Origin: Alphaproteobacteria bacterium
GTDB taxonomy: Bacteria; Pseudomonadota; Alphaproteobacteria; GCA-2731375
DNA: 34,441 nucleotides
NCBI GenBank assembly: GCA_028281075.1
Contig: JANQKO010000373.1
Coordinates: 1 to 34,441 of the forward strand
Direction: 5' to 3'
In this document: one piece after another, positions 6,481 through 15,768 of the stretch
Numbering within the stretch: position 1 is the stretch's first letter
Layout: each line of letters begins with the position of its first letter
Notes under the pieces: generated by a model
The model's database searches: none
What the model was told of the DNA's origin: nothing
Seen by the model: only the letters and a program-made list of their open reading frames with translations
Made by a program: the position numbers and the translations under genes

Positions 6481-9303
6481 CTAACCGCCGGACAGGCTGT
6501 CCAGCAGCTTGCGCGCCTCGTCCATGCCGGCGAAGTTGGCGTCCGCCGTCAAGATGCGTTCGAGGATCTCTTTCGCCTGATCGCGCTTGCCGGTCTTCTC
6601 CAACGCGGCGGCGTAGTGATACTGGATCTCGGCATTGTTGGGCACCATCCCGGCGGCCTCGCGCAACAGCGTCAGGGCCCGCTCGGCCTGGCCGTCACGC
6701 AGCAGGATCCAGCCCAGCGTGTCCATGATCGCCGGCGATCCCGGCGCGCCCGCATTGGCCTTCTCGGCATATTCCAGGCCGCGCGGATCGCCTTTCCTGC
6801 TGTACAGCCAGGCCAGGTTGTTCAGCACGATATTGTTGTCGGGCTGACGCTCCAGCAGCGTCTCGTGCTGGGTGACGGCCTCGTCGGATTCGCCGTTCGC
6901 CAGCAGGTCGGTGGCCAGCGCGAAGCGGATGGCATCGTCTTCCGGGTTGTCGGCCAGCCAGTCGCGCAGTTCCTGAAAGCCTACCTCGCGCTGCCCCATA
7001 TCGACCCGGGCCCGATAGCGGCGGGCGACGATACGGCTGTTGGCCTCAATCGCGAGGCCGGCATTGTAGGCCGCGATCGCCTCTTCGTAGGCGCCCTGGT
7101 CGGCCCGGACATCGCCGAGCGCCAGGTCCGCGACCGGCGACTCCGGCATCGCCGTCCGCAACCGCCCGATGATGTCGACCGCGCGGTCATGGTTGTCCTG
7201 ATTGACCTCGAGGGTGACCAGGTTGAGATAGGCCGGCACGTAGCGCGGCGCCAGCTCGATCGCCCGTTCCAGGGTTTCGCGGGCGTCGCTGATGTTCTCC
7301 ACCGACACCAGAACCTGCGCCAGCCGCTGCCGCGCCACCGGTGAATTGGGCGCCAGCGAGACGACGCGGCGGAACGCCGTCACGGCGCTGGCGGTCTGGC
7401 CGGCGGCGAACTGCGCCCGGCCCAGGGCATCGACGGCCAGCGGATTGTCCGCCATCTCCTGCACCATGGCCCGGGCGACCGTCAGCGCCGCCGACGGGTC
7501 ATTGGCCGAGAGATGATAGTCGACCAGACGCAGGCGCGGCTGCACGGACCGCGGCTGCGCCTTGATGGCCTTGTCCAGCCAGCCGATGCCGTCCTCGGCC
7601 TTCTGCTGCTGGAACGCCAGGCGGCTCAACGCCATCATGGCGGCGACGTTCTTGTCGCTAATCGTCAGGACCTGCTCGTAACGGGCCGTGGCCGCGTCGA
7701 TCTTGCCTTCCGCCAGATCGATCTGGGCCAGGTTCAGATGCGCCGGCACGAAACCGGAATCGACGCCGAGCGCCGCAGTGAAGTGGTTCCGGGCGGCCGC
7801 CAGATCACCACGACGCAGACCGATGCCGCCCAGCAGGTTGTCCGGCAGCGGGCTCTCGGTCATCGATGTCTTCAACTCGGTGGCCGCGGCTTCGGCATCC
7901 CCGAGCTGGTTTTCGCGCAGATGGGTCAACACCAGCAGGATACCGGCCTGCGTCGCGTCCGGATCGCCCTCCAGGATCTGTTCCAGCTCGGCCACGGCCT
8001 CGTCCGACTGGCCGGTCTGCAGCCGGCTGAGCGCCAGTTGCGTCGCCAGCCTTGCGTTGTCGGGCTGCACGGCGACGATGCGCTCGAGCAGCTCGGCCGC
8101 CTCGACCGGATTGCGGTCGCGCAGATAGGCGTTGGCCAGCAGCGACAGGAGCTGCAGGTCCTCGCTGCCCCGGTCCGCGACCGGCTTCAGCAGCTCGATG
8201 GCCTTGTCGGACGTGCCCTTGCGGAGATAGACGCTGGCCAGCAGCTTCCGCACCGCCAGATTGTCGGGCACCAGCCCCATGGCCGTGCGCAGATACTGTT
8301 CGGCCTGCTCAAGCTGGTTCTCGCGCGTGTTCAGATAGGCCATCAGCAACAGGCCGGCCGGATAGTTGCGCAGGAACTCGCCGGACCGCTGCAAGGTATT
8401 GATGGCTTCCTGGTTCTGCCCCTCGCGCGCCTGCCGGACGGCGACCAAGTAGTTGGCCACCGGATGCTTGGGCTGCCGGGCCAGGACCTTGTCGATATTG
8501 ACGCCGGCGTCGGCATCCTGGCCCTGGCCCACCAGAATGGCGGCACGGCCGAGATTGGCGGCCAAGCTGTCGGCATTGACGGCGAGCGCGCGATTGAACT
8601 GTTCCAACGCGCCGTCGGCATCGCCGGCGCGGCGGCGAAGCTGGCCCTTGAGGTTGATGGCCTCGATGGACTCGGCGTTCGCCGCCAGCACCTCGTCGAC
8701 GGCCGCCTCGGCCTTCTCGAGCTGGCCCATCTGCTGATACAGCAGCGCCAGGCCGTAGGTGGCCAGGGTGTCGCCCGGCGTCAGCTCCAGGGCCTTGCGG
8801 AACGCTTCCTCGGACGGCTCGAACTCACGCTTGCCGCGAAAGGCATGGCCGCGATAGCTGAGGATCCGTGACTCGATCTCGGCGCCGCGGTCGCCGCTGG
8901 CGATGTCGTTCAGAATTTCCTCGAACTTGCCCTGGTGATAATAGGCCCGCGCCAGCATGGGCGCCAGCTCGGGCGCGGTGGCGCCGCGCGACAGCGCCGC
9001 CCGCAGTTCCTTCTCCGCTTCCGCGTACTGGCGCGTCTGCAGGTAGGCCTTGCCCAGCATCAGGCGTGCATTGGCGTCGTCCGGATCGTCGCGGACGGCA
9101 TTCTTCAACTGAATGATGGCGGCGGCGATGTCGCCACCCTCGGCATAGGACTTGGCCTCGGCGATATAGGATTCGCTGCCGCGGTCCGTCAGCCGCTGAA
9201 AGACGAACGGCGCCGCGGCCGCGACCGCCACGATCAGCACCAGCAGCGCGATAAATCCCTTGCTTCTGAAGAAGCCGCCGGATGATTTCTTGCGCTTGGC
9301 CAT
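6481..9303 (-). CDS. prsT: XrtA/PEP-CTERM system TPR-repeat protein PrsT (TIGR02917-like)
   Basis: 940 aa of TPR repeats with AAIIQLKNA...P...ARLMLG, C-terminal VLNNLAWLY, IMDTLGWIL and EIQYHYAAAL. Directly downstream of prsR. Confidence 0.92.
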   Translation of the reverse strand: MAKRKKSSGGFFRSKGFIALLVLIVAVAAAAPFVFQRLTDRGSESYIAEAKSYAEGGDIAAAIIQLKNAVRDDPDDANARLMLGKAYLQTRQYAEAEKELRAALSRGATAPELAPMLARAYYHQGKFEEILNDIASGDRGAEIESRILSYRGHAFRGKREFEPSEEAFRKALELTPGDTLATYGLALLYQQMGQLEKAEAAVDEVLAANAESIEAINLKGQLRRRAGDADGALEQFNRALAVNADSLAANLGRAAILVGQGQDADAGVNIDKVLARQPKHPVANYLVAVRQAREGQNQEAINTLQRSGEFLRNYPAGLLLMAYLNTRENQLEQAEQYLRTAMGLVPDNLAVRKLLASVYLRKGTSDKAIELLKPVADRGSEDLQLLSLLANAYLRDRNPVEAAELLERIVAVQPDNARLATQLALSRLQTGQSDEAVAELEQILEGDPDATQAGILLVLTHLRENQLGDAEAAATELKTSMTESPLPDNLLGGIGLRRGDLAAARNHFTAALGVDSGFVPAHLNLAQIDLAEGKIDAATARYEQVLTISDKNVAAMMALSRLAFQQQKAEDGIGWLDKAIKAQPRSVQPRLRLVDYHLSANDPSAALTVARAMVQEMADNPLAVDALGRAQFAAGQTASAVTAFRRVVSLAPNSPVARQRLAQVLVSVENISDARETLERAIELAPRYVPAYLNLVTLEVNQDNHDRAVDIIGRLRTAMPESPVADLALGDVRADQGAYEEAIAAYNAGLAIEANSRIVARRYRARVDMGQREVGFQELRDWLADNPEDDAIRFALATDLLANGESDEAVTQHETLLERQPDNNIVLNNLAWLYSRKGDPRGLEYAEKANAGAPGSPAIMDTLGWILLRDGQAERALTLLREAAGMVPNNAEIQYHYAAALEKTGKRDQAKEILERILTADANFAGMDEARKLLDSLSGG

Positions 9304-9364
9304 AGTCTCAGTCTCTCAAACCATTGATGTGGATGCGGCGGTCCAGCCCGCGGCCGGCTACCGG

Positions 9365-10738
9365 CTAATCGTCCTCAGTGCGCATCCCCAGGTTGCGCAT
9401 CAGGTCATAAAGGGTCGGCCGGCTGACGCCCAGCATTTTCGCCGTCTTGGAGATGTTGCCGTCGGTGGCGATCAGCACTTCCTCGACAAGCTGGCGCTCG
9501 GCATATTCGCGCGCCTCCTTCAGGGTGTGCGGGCGGTTGTCGCTGGCGTTGCGGATCAGGTTCTCGAGATCGAGGTCTTCGGCCGTCACCGTCTTGCCCT
9601 CGGCCATGATGATGGCCTTCTTCACGTTGTTCTCGAGCTGGCGGACGTTGCCCGGCCAGGAATAGCGCGAGATGGCCTGGATGGCGTCGTCGGAGAACCC
9701 GCGCAGGGACTTGCTGTACTGGGTGTTGAAACGCTCGAGGAAGAACTTCGCCAGCAGCACGCTGTCGCCGCGCCGCGACCGCAGCGGCGGGATCTCGACA
9801 CTGATTTCCTTCAGGCGGTAATAGAGGTCTTCCCGGAAGGTGCCTTCCTCGATCATCGCGTCCAGGTTCTGATTGGTGGCGCAGACGATCCGCACATCCA
9901 CCGGGATCGACTTGCGGCCGCCGAGGCGCTCGATCTTGCGGTCCTGCAGGAACCGGAGCAGCTTGGCCTGCAGGCTGGCCGGCAGATCGCCGATCTCGTC
10001 GAGAAACAACGTGCCGCCATCGGCCAGCTCGATCTTGCCGATGGTCTGCCTGGCGGCGCCGGTGAAGGCCCCCTTCTCGAAGCCGAAGAGCTCGCTCTCC
10101 AGCAGGTTTTCGGGAATCGCCGCGCAGTTGATGGCCACGAAGCCGTTGCCGGCGCGCTGGCTGGCGAAGTGGAGCGCGCTCGACAGCAGCTCCTTGCCGG
10201 TGCCGCTTTCGCCGGTAATGAGCAGCGTGACGTCGGTCGGCGCGATCTTTTCGACGGTGCGGCAGACCGCCATCATCTCGCTGTCGGCGGTGATGATGCC
10301 GCCGAAGGGCGCGCTCTCGCCGACCCGCATCAGCTTGCGGTTCTCGGCCTCCAGCTTGTAGACGTGCCAGGCCCGCTCGATGATCAGCCGCAGCATGTCG
10401 ATGTCGACGGGCTTGGCGCAGAAATCATAAGCGCCCAGGCTGATCGCGCGCACGGCGTTGGCGCGCTCCTCGTTGCCGCTGGCGACGATGACCTTGGTTT
10501 CCGGCCGCATCGACAGCAGGGCGTCGAGCGTCGCCAGCCCCTCGGTCGCGCCGTTGGTGTCGGGCGGCAGGCCGAGGTCGAGCACGACCACCGCCGGGCC
10601 ATGCCGCTCCATCGCGTCGACCGCCGATTCCCGGTCGCTGGTCAGGTGCACGTTGTGCTCCGACATGGCCCAGCGGAGCTGGCTCTGCAATCCGGGATCG
10701 TCCTCGACGATCAGAAGCTCAAGCTGGTCTGCCGCCAT
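9365..10738 (-). CDS. prsR: Sigma54-dependent response regulator PrsR (TIGR02915-like)
   Basis: Receiver domain (LLIVEDD, VVLDLGLPPD), AAA+ domain (GESGTGKE, ESELFGFEKGAFTGA, TLFLDEIG, FREDLYYRL, WPGNVRQL) and Fis-type HTH. ATG 10738 is adjacent to the prsK stop. Confidence 0.95.
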   Translation of the reverse strand: MAADQLELLIVEDDPGLQSQLRWAMSEHNVHLTSDRESAVDAMERHGPAVVVLDLGLPPDTNGATEGLATLDALLSMRPETKVIVASGNEERANAVRAISLGAYDFCAKPVDIDMLRLIIERAWHVYKLEAENRKLMRVGESAPFGGIITADSEMMAVCRTVEKIAPTDVTLLITGESGTGKELLSSALHFASQRAGNGFVAINCAAIPENLLESELFGFEKGAFTGAARQTIGKIELADGGTLFLDEIGDLPASLQAKLLRFLQDRKIERLGGRKSIPVDVRIVCATNQNLDAMIEEGTFREDLYYRLKEISVEIPPLRSRRGDSVLLAKFFLERFNTQYSKSLRGFSDDAIQAISRYSWPGNVRQLENNVKKAIIMAEGKTVTAEDLDLENLIRNASDNRPHTLKEAREYAERQLVEEVLIATDGNISKTAKMLGVSRPTLYDLMRNLGMRTEDD

Positions 10739-10739
10739 C

Positions 10740-12851
10740 TCAGCCTCGCCGTCCCGCCCGGGCCGTGGCCGGCGCGGCAAGCTCGCCCAGCCGCGGCAGC
10801 AGGACCTTGACCGTGGTCCCGGCGCCCGGCACGCTGATCACATCCAGCCGGCCGCCCATATCGCGGACCAGCTCGCGGGTCTGGTAGGCGCCGAGGCCCG
10901 AGCCCGTGCGCTTGGTCGTGTGCAGCGGGCGGAACAGCTCGTCGCGGATGAACTCGGCCTCCATGCCGGGGCCGTTGTCGGTGACCGAGAGCACGGCAAA
11001 GTCGCCCTCGACGTCGAGCGACAGCGTGATCAGCCCGTCGGCCTCCACCGCCTCGACGGCATTCTGCAGCAGATGGCCGATGACCGCGGACAACCGCGCC
11101 TCGTCGCCCATCGCCTCGATATGCTCGTCGCCGATCTTCAGCGCCACCGGCGGCACGGCGTTCAACCAGGGCCGCGCCACGTCGCGAAGCACCGGCGCCA
11201 GGGCCAGCGGCCGCACGGTCGCGGCATCGGCGCGCTCGTCCAGCTTCAACTGTCCCAGCAGCCCGCCCATCTTCTGGACGGCGTTGCGGACCGTGCGCAT
11301 GGCGTCCCGCTGGAATTCCGGATTGTCGCCGTGACGCTCGGAATTCGACAGCACCAGGGAGAGCTGGCTGGCGATGTTCTTGATGTCGTGGATGACGAAG
11401 GCAAACCGCCGGTTGAACTGCTGCAAGTGCTGGGCGTCGACCAGCGCCCGCAGCGCCGCCTCCTCGGCCAGATAGCTCGCAACCTGCTGTCCCATGGTCT
11501 TCAACAGATCGAAGTCCTCCCAATCGAGGCGGCGCGACGCCCTGGGCCGGCCGAGCACGAGAAAACCTTCCAGGCGCTGACGGCGCCGCAGCGGCAAGAC
11601 CAGCCACGCCTTGGACAATTCCTGCAACCAGCGCGGCAATCGCAGGTCCTTATATAGATCGGGACGGTTGGCGTATTCATTAAGATCGATGATCCGATTG
11701 TCCTGCTCGAGGAAGGCGATGAACGGCGTGTCGGCGCCGACGAACGGCAGCTTGCCGCCGAAGTTCCAGCGGGCGGCCGGCACATAGGCCTCGTCGTCCA
11801 CGCCCCGGACCCAGATCGCGCCGGACGGACTGTCGACGACGTCGGCCATGGCGCGGATGGCCCTGTCATGCAGGTTGCCGATGCCGTCCGAAGTGGTCTC
11901 CAGGAAACGCAGCCATTCGAGCCGGTAGTCGTAGCTGTACGAGAAGAAGTTCTTGGCGATGAACAGCCGGATCCGCGCCCGCACGGCCTCGGAAAACAGC
12001 GCCAGCAGCATGAACACGACGGCGGCGGACAGAAAGGCGGTCTGGAACAGCACGCCCCAGGCGCCGCCCCGGGTGCGCAGGTAATAGCCGACCAGCGCCA
12101 TGGCCACGAGGTAGGCGCCGCTGCCGATGATCGCGGCGGTGTGGAACACGGCGCCCCGGGACACGTGGATCTCGACCGACCATTCGCGGTTCCGGCTGGC
12201 GGCGACGGCGATCAGCGGCACGGCCAGGGCGTTGACGAGGCCGCGGCTGTCGAAGAGCTTGTCGTCGAAGCGGTTCAGCAGCAGGGCGTCGGAGTAGATG
12301 AAGAAGTCGTAAACGAAGATCAGGCCGGCGCCGATGACCAGGAACTTCTGCGCCCAGAGCGAATCCGCCGAGGCGCCACGGAAAATATTCTCAACACAGA
12401 CCAGGCCGAGCACGGCGAGCGAGAGGTAGCCGACGATGCGCAGCGTCTGCAGCGACTGGCCGAGCGCGCTGTCGGCGACCAGCCCGATGCGCGGGTCGAT
12501 CAGCACCTCGATGAGCGCCAGGCCGCCGACCAGCACCACGAGCAGGGCGACGACGCAGCGCCGCCGCCAGCTCGGCGCCAACCAGGTCGCCGTCGGCACG
12601 ATCAGGCCGCCGAGAAACAGCAGCCAGCAGGCCGTCCGGGCGATCTCGGCCAGCTCGACCGCCAGCGGGAACCGGTAGGGCGCCAGGCCGTGATAGACGA
12701 CCAGCGCCGCCCAGAGGGTGGTCACGCCGCAAGTAAGAAGCAGCAGCCGCCCGAGCGTGGTCGAGCCGCGCGCATGCAGCAGCAGCAGCGTCAGCACCAG
12801 ATAGGCGAACACCGATGCCGAATGGCTCGCGACCGTTGCGCTCATGGCCAT
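10740..12851 (-). CDS. prsK: PEP-CTERM system histidine kinase PrsK (TIGR02916-like)
   Basis: Multi-TM N-terminus, KNFFSYSYDYRLEWLRF, GAF domain, H-box AFVIHDIKN and HATPase (LLQNAVEA, DNGPGM, GSGLG). Confidence 0.95.
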   Translation of the reverse strand: MAMSATVASHSASVFAYLVLTLLLLHARGSTTLGRLLLLTCGVTTLWAALVVYHGLAPYRFPLAVELAEIARTACWLLFLGGLIVPTATWLAPSWRRRCVVALLVVLVGGLALIEVLIDPRIGLVADSALGQSLQTLRIVGYLSLAVLGLVCVENIFRGASADSLWAQKFLVIGAGLIFVYDFFIYSDALLLNRFDDKLFDSRGLVNALAVPLIAVAASRNREWSVEIHVSRGAVFHTAAIIGSGAYLVAMALVGYYLRTRGGAWGVLFQTAFLSAAVVFMLLALFSEAVRARIRLFIAKNFFSYSYDYRLEWLRFLETTSDGIGNLHDRAIRAMADVVDSPSGAIWVRGVDDEAYVPAARWNFGGKLPFVGADTPFIAFLEQDNRIIDLNEYANRPDLYKDLRLPRWLQELSKAWLVLPLRRRQRLEGFLVLGRPRASRRLDWEDFDLLKTMGQQVASYLAEEAALRALVDAQHLQQFNRRFAFVIHDIKNIASQLSLVLSNSERHGDNPEFQRDAMRTVRNAVQKMGGLLGQLKLDERADAATVRPLALAPVLRDVARPWLNAVPPVALKIGDEHIEAMGDEARLSAVIGHLLQNAVEAVEADGLITLSLDVEGDFAVLSVTDNGPGMEAEFIRDELFRPLHTTKRTGSGLGAYQTRELVRDMGGRLDVISVPGAGTTVKVLLPRLGELAAPATARAGRRG

Positions 12852-12866
12852 GTCCCCAGGCTCATC

Positions 12867-14288
12867 TCAGCGCACGCCGGAGGGCCACAGGATGACCCGG
12901 ACCGTCTGCAGCAGAATAATAACATCCAGGAACAGGCTGGCATTCTTCACATAATACAGGTCGTAGGAGAGCTTTTCCTTCGCATCTTCGATGGAGGCCC
13001 CATAGGGATAGTTGATCTGCGCCCAGCCGGTGATGCCCGGCTTTACCCGATGGCGCTCGCCGTAATAGGAGATCGCCTCGCTGAGCGTGTCGACGAAGAA
13101 GGGCCGTTCGGGCCGCGGTCCGATGATGCTCATCTCGCCGCGCAGCACGTTGATGATCTGCGGCAGCTCGTCGATCCGGGTCTGGCGGATGAACGCCCCG
13201 ACCTCGGTGATCCGGTCGTCCTTCTCGGCCGCCCAGCGCGGCCCGCCGACCTGCTCGGCGTCGACGCGCATGCTGCGGAACTTGGTCAGCGTGAACGTCC
13301 GGCCGTCGCGGCCCACCCGCTCCTGCCGATAGAAGACGGGACCGGGGCTGTCGAGCTTGATCAGCAGCGCCGCCACCGCCGTGATCGGCAGGGTGAAGAT
13401 CAGCAGCAGCAGGCTGACGACCACATCGAAGGTGCGTTTGGCGGCATCGCGGAACAGGCTCTTGTCGAAGCCGTCGGAGAAGATCAGCCAATTGGGATCG
13501 AGCTCGTCGAGCATGACCCGGCCGAGCTCGCGCTCGACGAAGCTGAGATAGCCGGTGACGCGGATGCCCTGCAGCTTGCAGTTCAGAAGCGCGTGGACCG
13601 GCAGGGTCTGCGCGTCGTCCTCGGCGATGACGATCTCGTCGACATCGTGGGCCTCGACCAGCGTCAACAGGTCGTTGAGATCGGCGTTCAGGACCGGTAC
13701 CGGCAGGTCGGCCCGGGTCTCCGGCACCGTTTCCGTCAGATCGACCAGACCGACGACCTCGAACCCCTCGGCCTGGTCGCCGAGGATGCTCTGACGCAAC
13801 TGCGAGGCCCGGTCGAGACGGCCGATGACGATGATCCGCTGATGGAACATGCCGAGGTCGGCGATCATGATGAAAAGTATGCGCGTGCATAGAATCGCGA
13901 CGATGGCGAGCGCTATTCCGGCCGGCAAATAAAAATAATGACGCGGTGGGTATTTCTCGACAGGATATACGTAAAAATAAAATTTTATCAGCAGATAACT
14001 GGCAATCGCCACCATCACCAGGCCGATAAACATCCTGATGATCATTATCTGAACATTTGAGATTATGTTGCGATTATATAATCCCAGCGAGAAAAATACC
14101 GTGGCGCAGAAAATCGCCACGAAGGTCGAGAAGTAGGAAAAGCTGAACCGGCCGGCTTCCTGCGCGCTGGTCTGCGTCGACAGCAGAATGTGCGCGACGG
14201 CGAACAGCATCAGCCCCTCGATCAGCCCCAGCAGCAGGGAAGCGCGGGAGATATAGTGTCCAAAGATCCGCACGCGGGGATAGATCAC
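12867..14288 (-). CDS. XrtA/PEP-CTERM priming sugar transferase (TIGR03013-like polyprenyl-phosphate hexose-1-phosphate transferase)
   Basis: RIFGHY N-terminus, several TMs, KRTFDVVVS, GPVFYRQERVG, KFRSM, RIDELPQ, GEMSIIGPRPERP, KPGITGWAQ and YDLYYVKN. Start uncertain (GTG 14288 or 14273; ORF open to 14396). Confidence 0.93.
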   Translation of the reverse strand: MIYPRVRIFGHYISRASLLLGLIEGLMLFAVAHILLSTQTSAQEAGRFSFSYFSTFVAIFCATVFFSLGLYNRNIISNVQIMIIRMFIGLVMVAIASYLLIKFYFYVYPVEKYPPRHYFYLPAGIALAIVAILCTRILFIMIADLGMFHQRIIVIGRLDRASQLRQSILGDQAEGFEVVGLVDLTETVPETRADLPVPVLNADLNDLLTLVEAHDVDEIVIAEDDAQTLPVHALLNCKLQGIRVTGYLSFVERELGRVMLDELDPNWLIFSDGFDKSLFRDAAKRTFDVVVSLLLLIFTLPITAVAALLIKLDSPGPVFYRQERVGRDGRTFTLTKFRSMRVDAEQVGGPRWAAEKDDRITEVGAFIRQTRIDELPQIINVLRGEMSIIGPRPERPFFVDTLSEAISYYGERHRVKPGITGWAQINYPYGASIEDAKEKLSYDLYYVKNASLFLDVIILLQTVRVILWPSGVR

Positions 14289-14432
14289 GGACAAGGCCCC
14301 CCGATCGGCGGATCGGCGGGTCCGGGTTCCATCCCGCATTGGCAATCCCGGCGATCCGACGCCAACACCGGCTGGCCGGCCATGATCACGGGCCACCCAA
14401 TGCCGTTCGGAATCGTCGATACAGGCATGCGG

Positions 14433-15464
14433 CTATTGTCCGGACGCCATTCTTTGCCGCGTGAACAGCCACACACAAAACAACACAATAAGTACGACGT
14501 AGGTCATCGGTGCCGTCACGATATCGGTCAGGATTGAGACGAAAAAGCCGATCAGGCTGCGATGCTGACGCGGCTCGACCTCCGCTTCCTTCTGCCGCGC
14601 CGTCATGTCCCGGGCGCGTTCGCCGCCCGCGTATGCCCGCCCCAGGGATGACGAGCGGCCGAGCGGCCCGCCCAGCAGGTTGGAGCCGGTCTGCCCGACC
14701 TGCAGGCCCGGCACCAAGAATGGACCACTCAAGGCGTCGGGAAAGTGACCAAGGTCAACAAGCGCGCTTTTTTTTTGCTCGATCGGCACTCTGACCCGCA
14801 CGACCTGAATCGCGCCGTCATCGTCCAATACCAGGTCATCACCGACGAACAGATCATAGAACGACCCGACCAGGTTCAGGCCGACCTTGCCCATGAACTC
14901 AGGCTCTTCGCCGATCCCGCCGGCATCCGTGAAATGCGCCGCCAGCCAGCCGACGACCGCCGTCTCGTAGCCCGGAACGCCGGCCGCGCCGGCGGGCTTC
15001 TTTGCCGCCGCCGGCCCCACCGGGACGAAAACGAACTCCAGCTCGGTCGCCAGCAGCCTCGCGTCCAAGGCCTTGCGCCGGGCCCTGGGATCGGTGCCGC
15101 CACCGGGCGCCGCCAACTGTCCCGGCGCGACGGCGGGCCCGATCGGCACCAGGCCCGCGCGAAAGGATTCCAGCCATTGGCGGTGGCGCACCAGCCAGCG
15201 CTGATACGCCAGCGACGAGGCCCGATCGCCATTCTTGCGAAACGCCTGGTTATCCAGTTCGGGCAGGAACGGATACATCGGTCCCGCCGGCTCCCTGACC
15301 TGCCAGTCGGCGCCCAGGTCCGGCGCGGCCTCGGTCATGGCCGGAATATCCGTCGCCTTGTCCGGACGCGGCTTGACCGGCATGGCCTGCACCGACCACG
15401 ACGCCGCGGTACCCAACTGCAGGATAACCATGACGAGAAGCAGTAATGCGACGCGGCTTCGCAT
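14433..15464 (-). CDS. Hypothetical secreted protein with C-terminal TM anchor and basic tail (possible divergent exosortase substrate)
   Basis: Signal peptide (MRSR, hydrophobic core, SVQA|MPV), Pro/Ala/Gly-rich linkers and C-terminus VTAPMTY-VVLIVLFCVWLF-TRQR. Co-oriented inside the xrtA locus. Confidence 0.75.
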   Translation of the reverse strand: MRSRVALLLLVMVILQLGTAASWSVQAMPVKPRPDKATDIPAMTEAAPDLGADWQVREPAGPMYPFLPELDNQAFRKNGDRASSLAYQRWLVRHRQWLESFRAGLVPIGPAVAPGQLAAPGGGTDPRARRKALDARLLATELEFVFVPVGPAAAKKPAGAAGVPGYETAVVGWLAAHFTDAGGIGEEPEFMGKVGLNLVGSFYDLFVGDDLVLDDDGAIQVVRVRVPIEQKKSALVDLGHFPDALSGPFLVPGLQVGQTGSNLLGGPLGRSSSLGRAYAGGERARDMTARQKEAEVEPRQHRSLIGFFVSILTDIVTAPMTYVVLIVLFCVWLFTRQRMASGQ

Positions 15465-15768
15465 CAATTGTCTCTGTTGTTAGGTCTTAATGGCAAAGAC
15501 ATCTCCGACATTCACGCCCATGAATGGCGTTAACCCTAAACAGCAATACGGTGATCGGGGGCGTTGACTGGTGGCAGAAAACCGCTGGCTCGTTCACAAC
15601 GTGACTGGTTGTTGGCGCTTCTGCGACGGGCCGAGTATAGACCAATCACCTGCGCTTTGCTCGATTTTGAACGCCGGCGGAGAAGCGGGCGTCTCCGGCC
15701 GTTCGCCGACACGCCTACGGATCGAACGCTCAACCTATGGTAAACCGGCGGCGCGCGGTGACCAAGCG

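Noticed and set aside
15493-15506. GG-N10-GC on the minus strand upstream of the orphan secreted protein (similar weak hit near 33956-33970)
   Set aside because: The -24 context (CGGAGA; TGGTGC with CTGC) is far from TGGCAC/TTGC, and such hits are expected by chance in GC-rich DNA.
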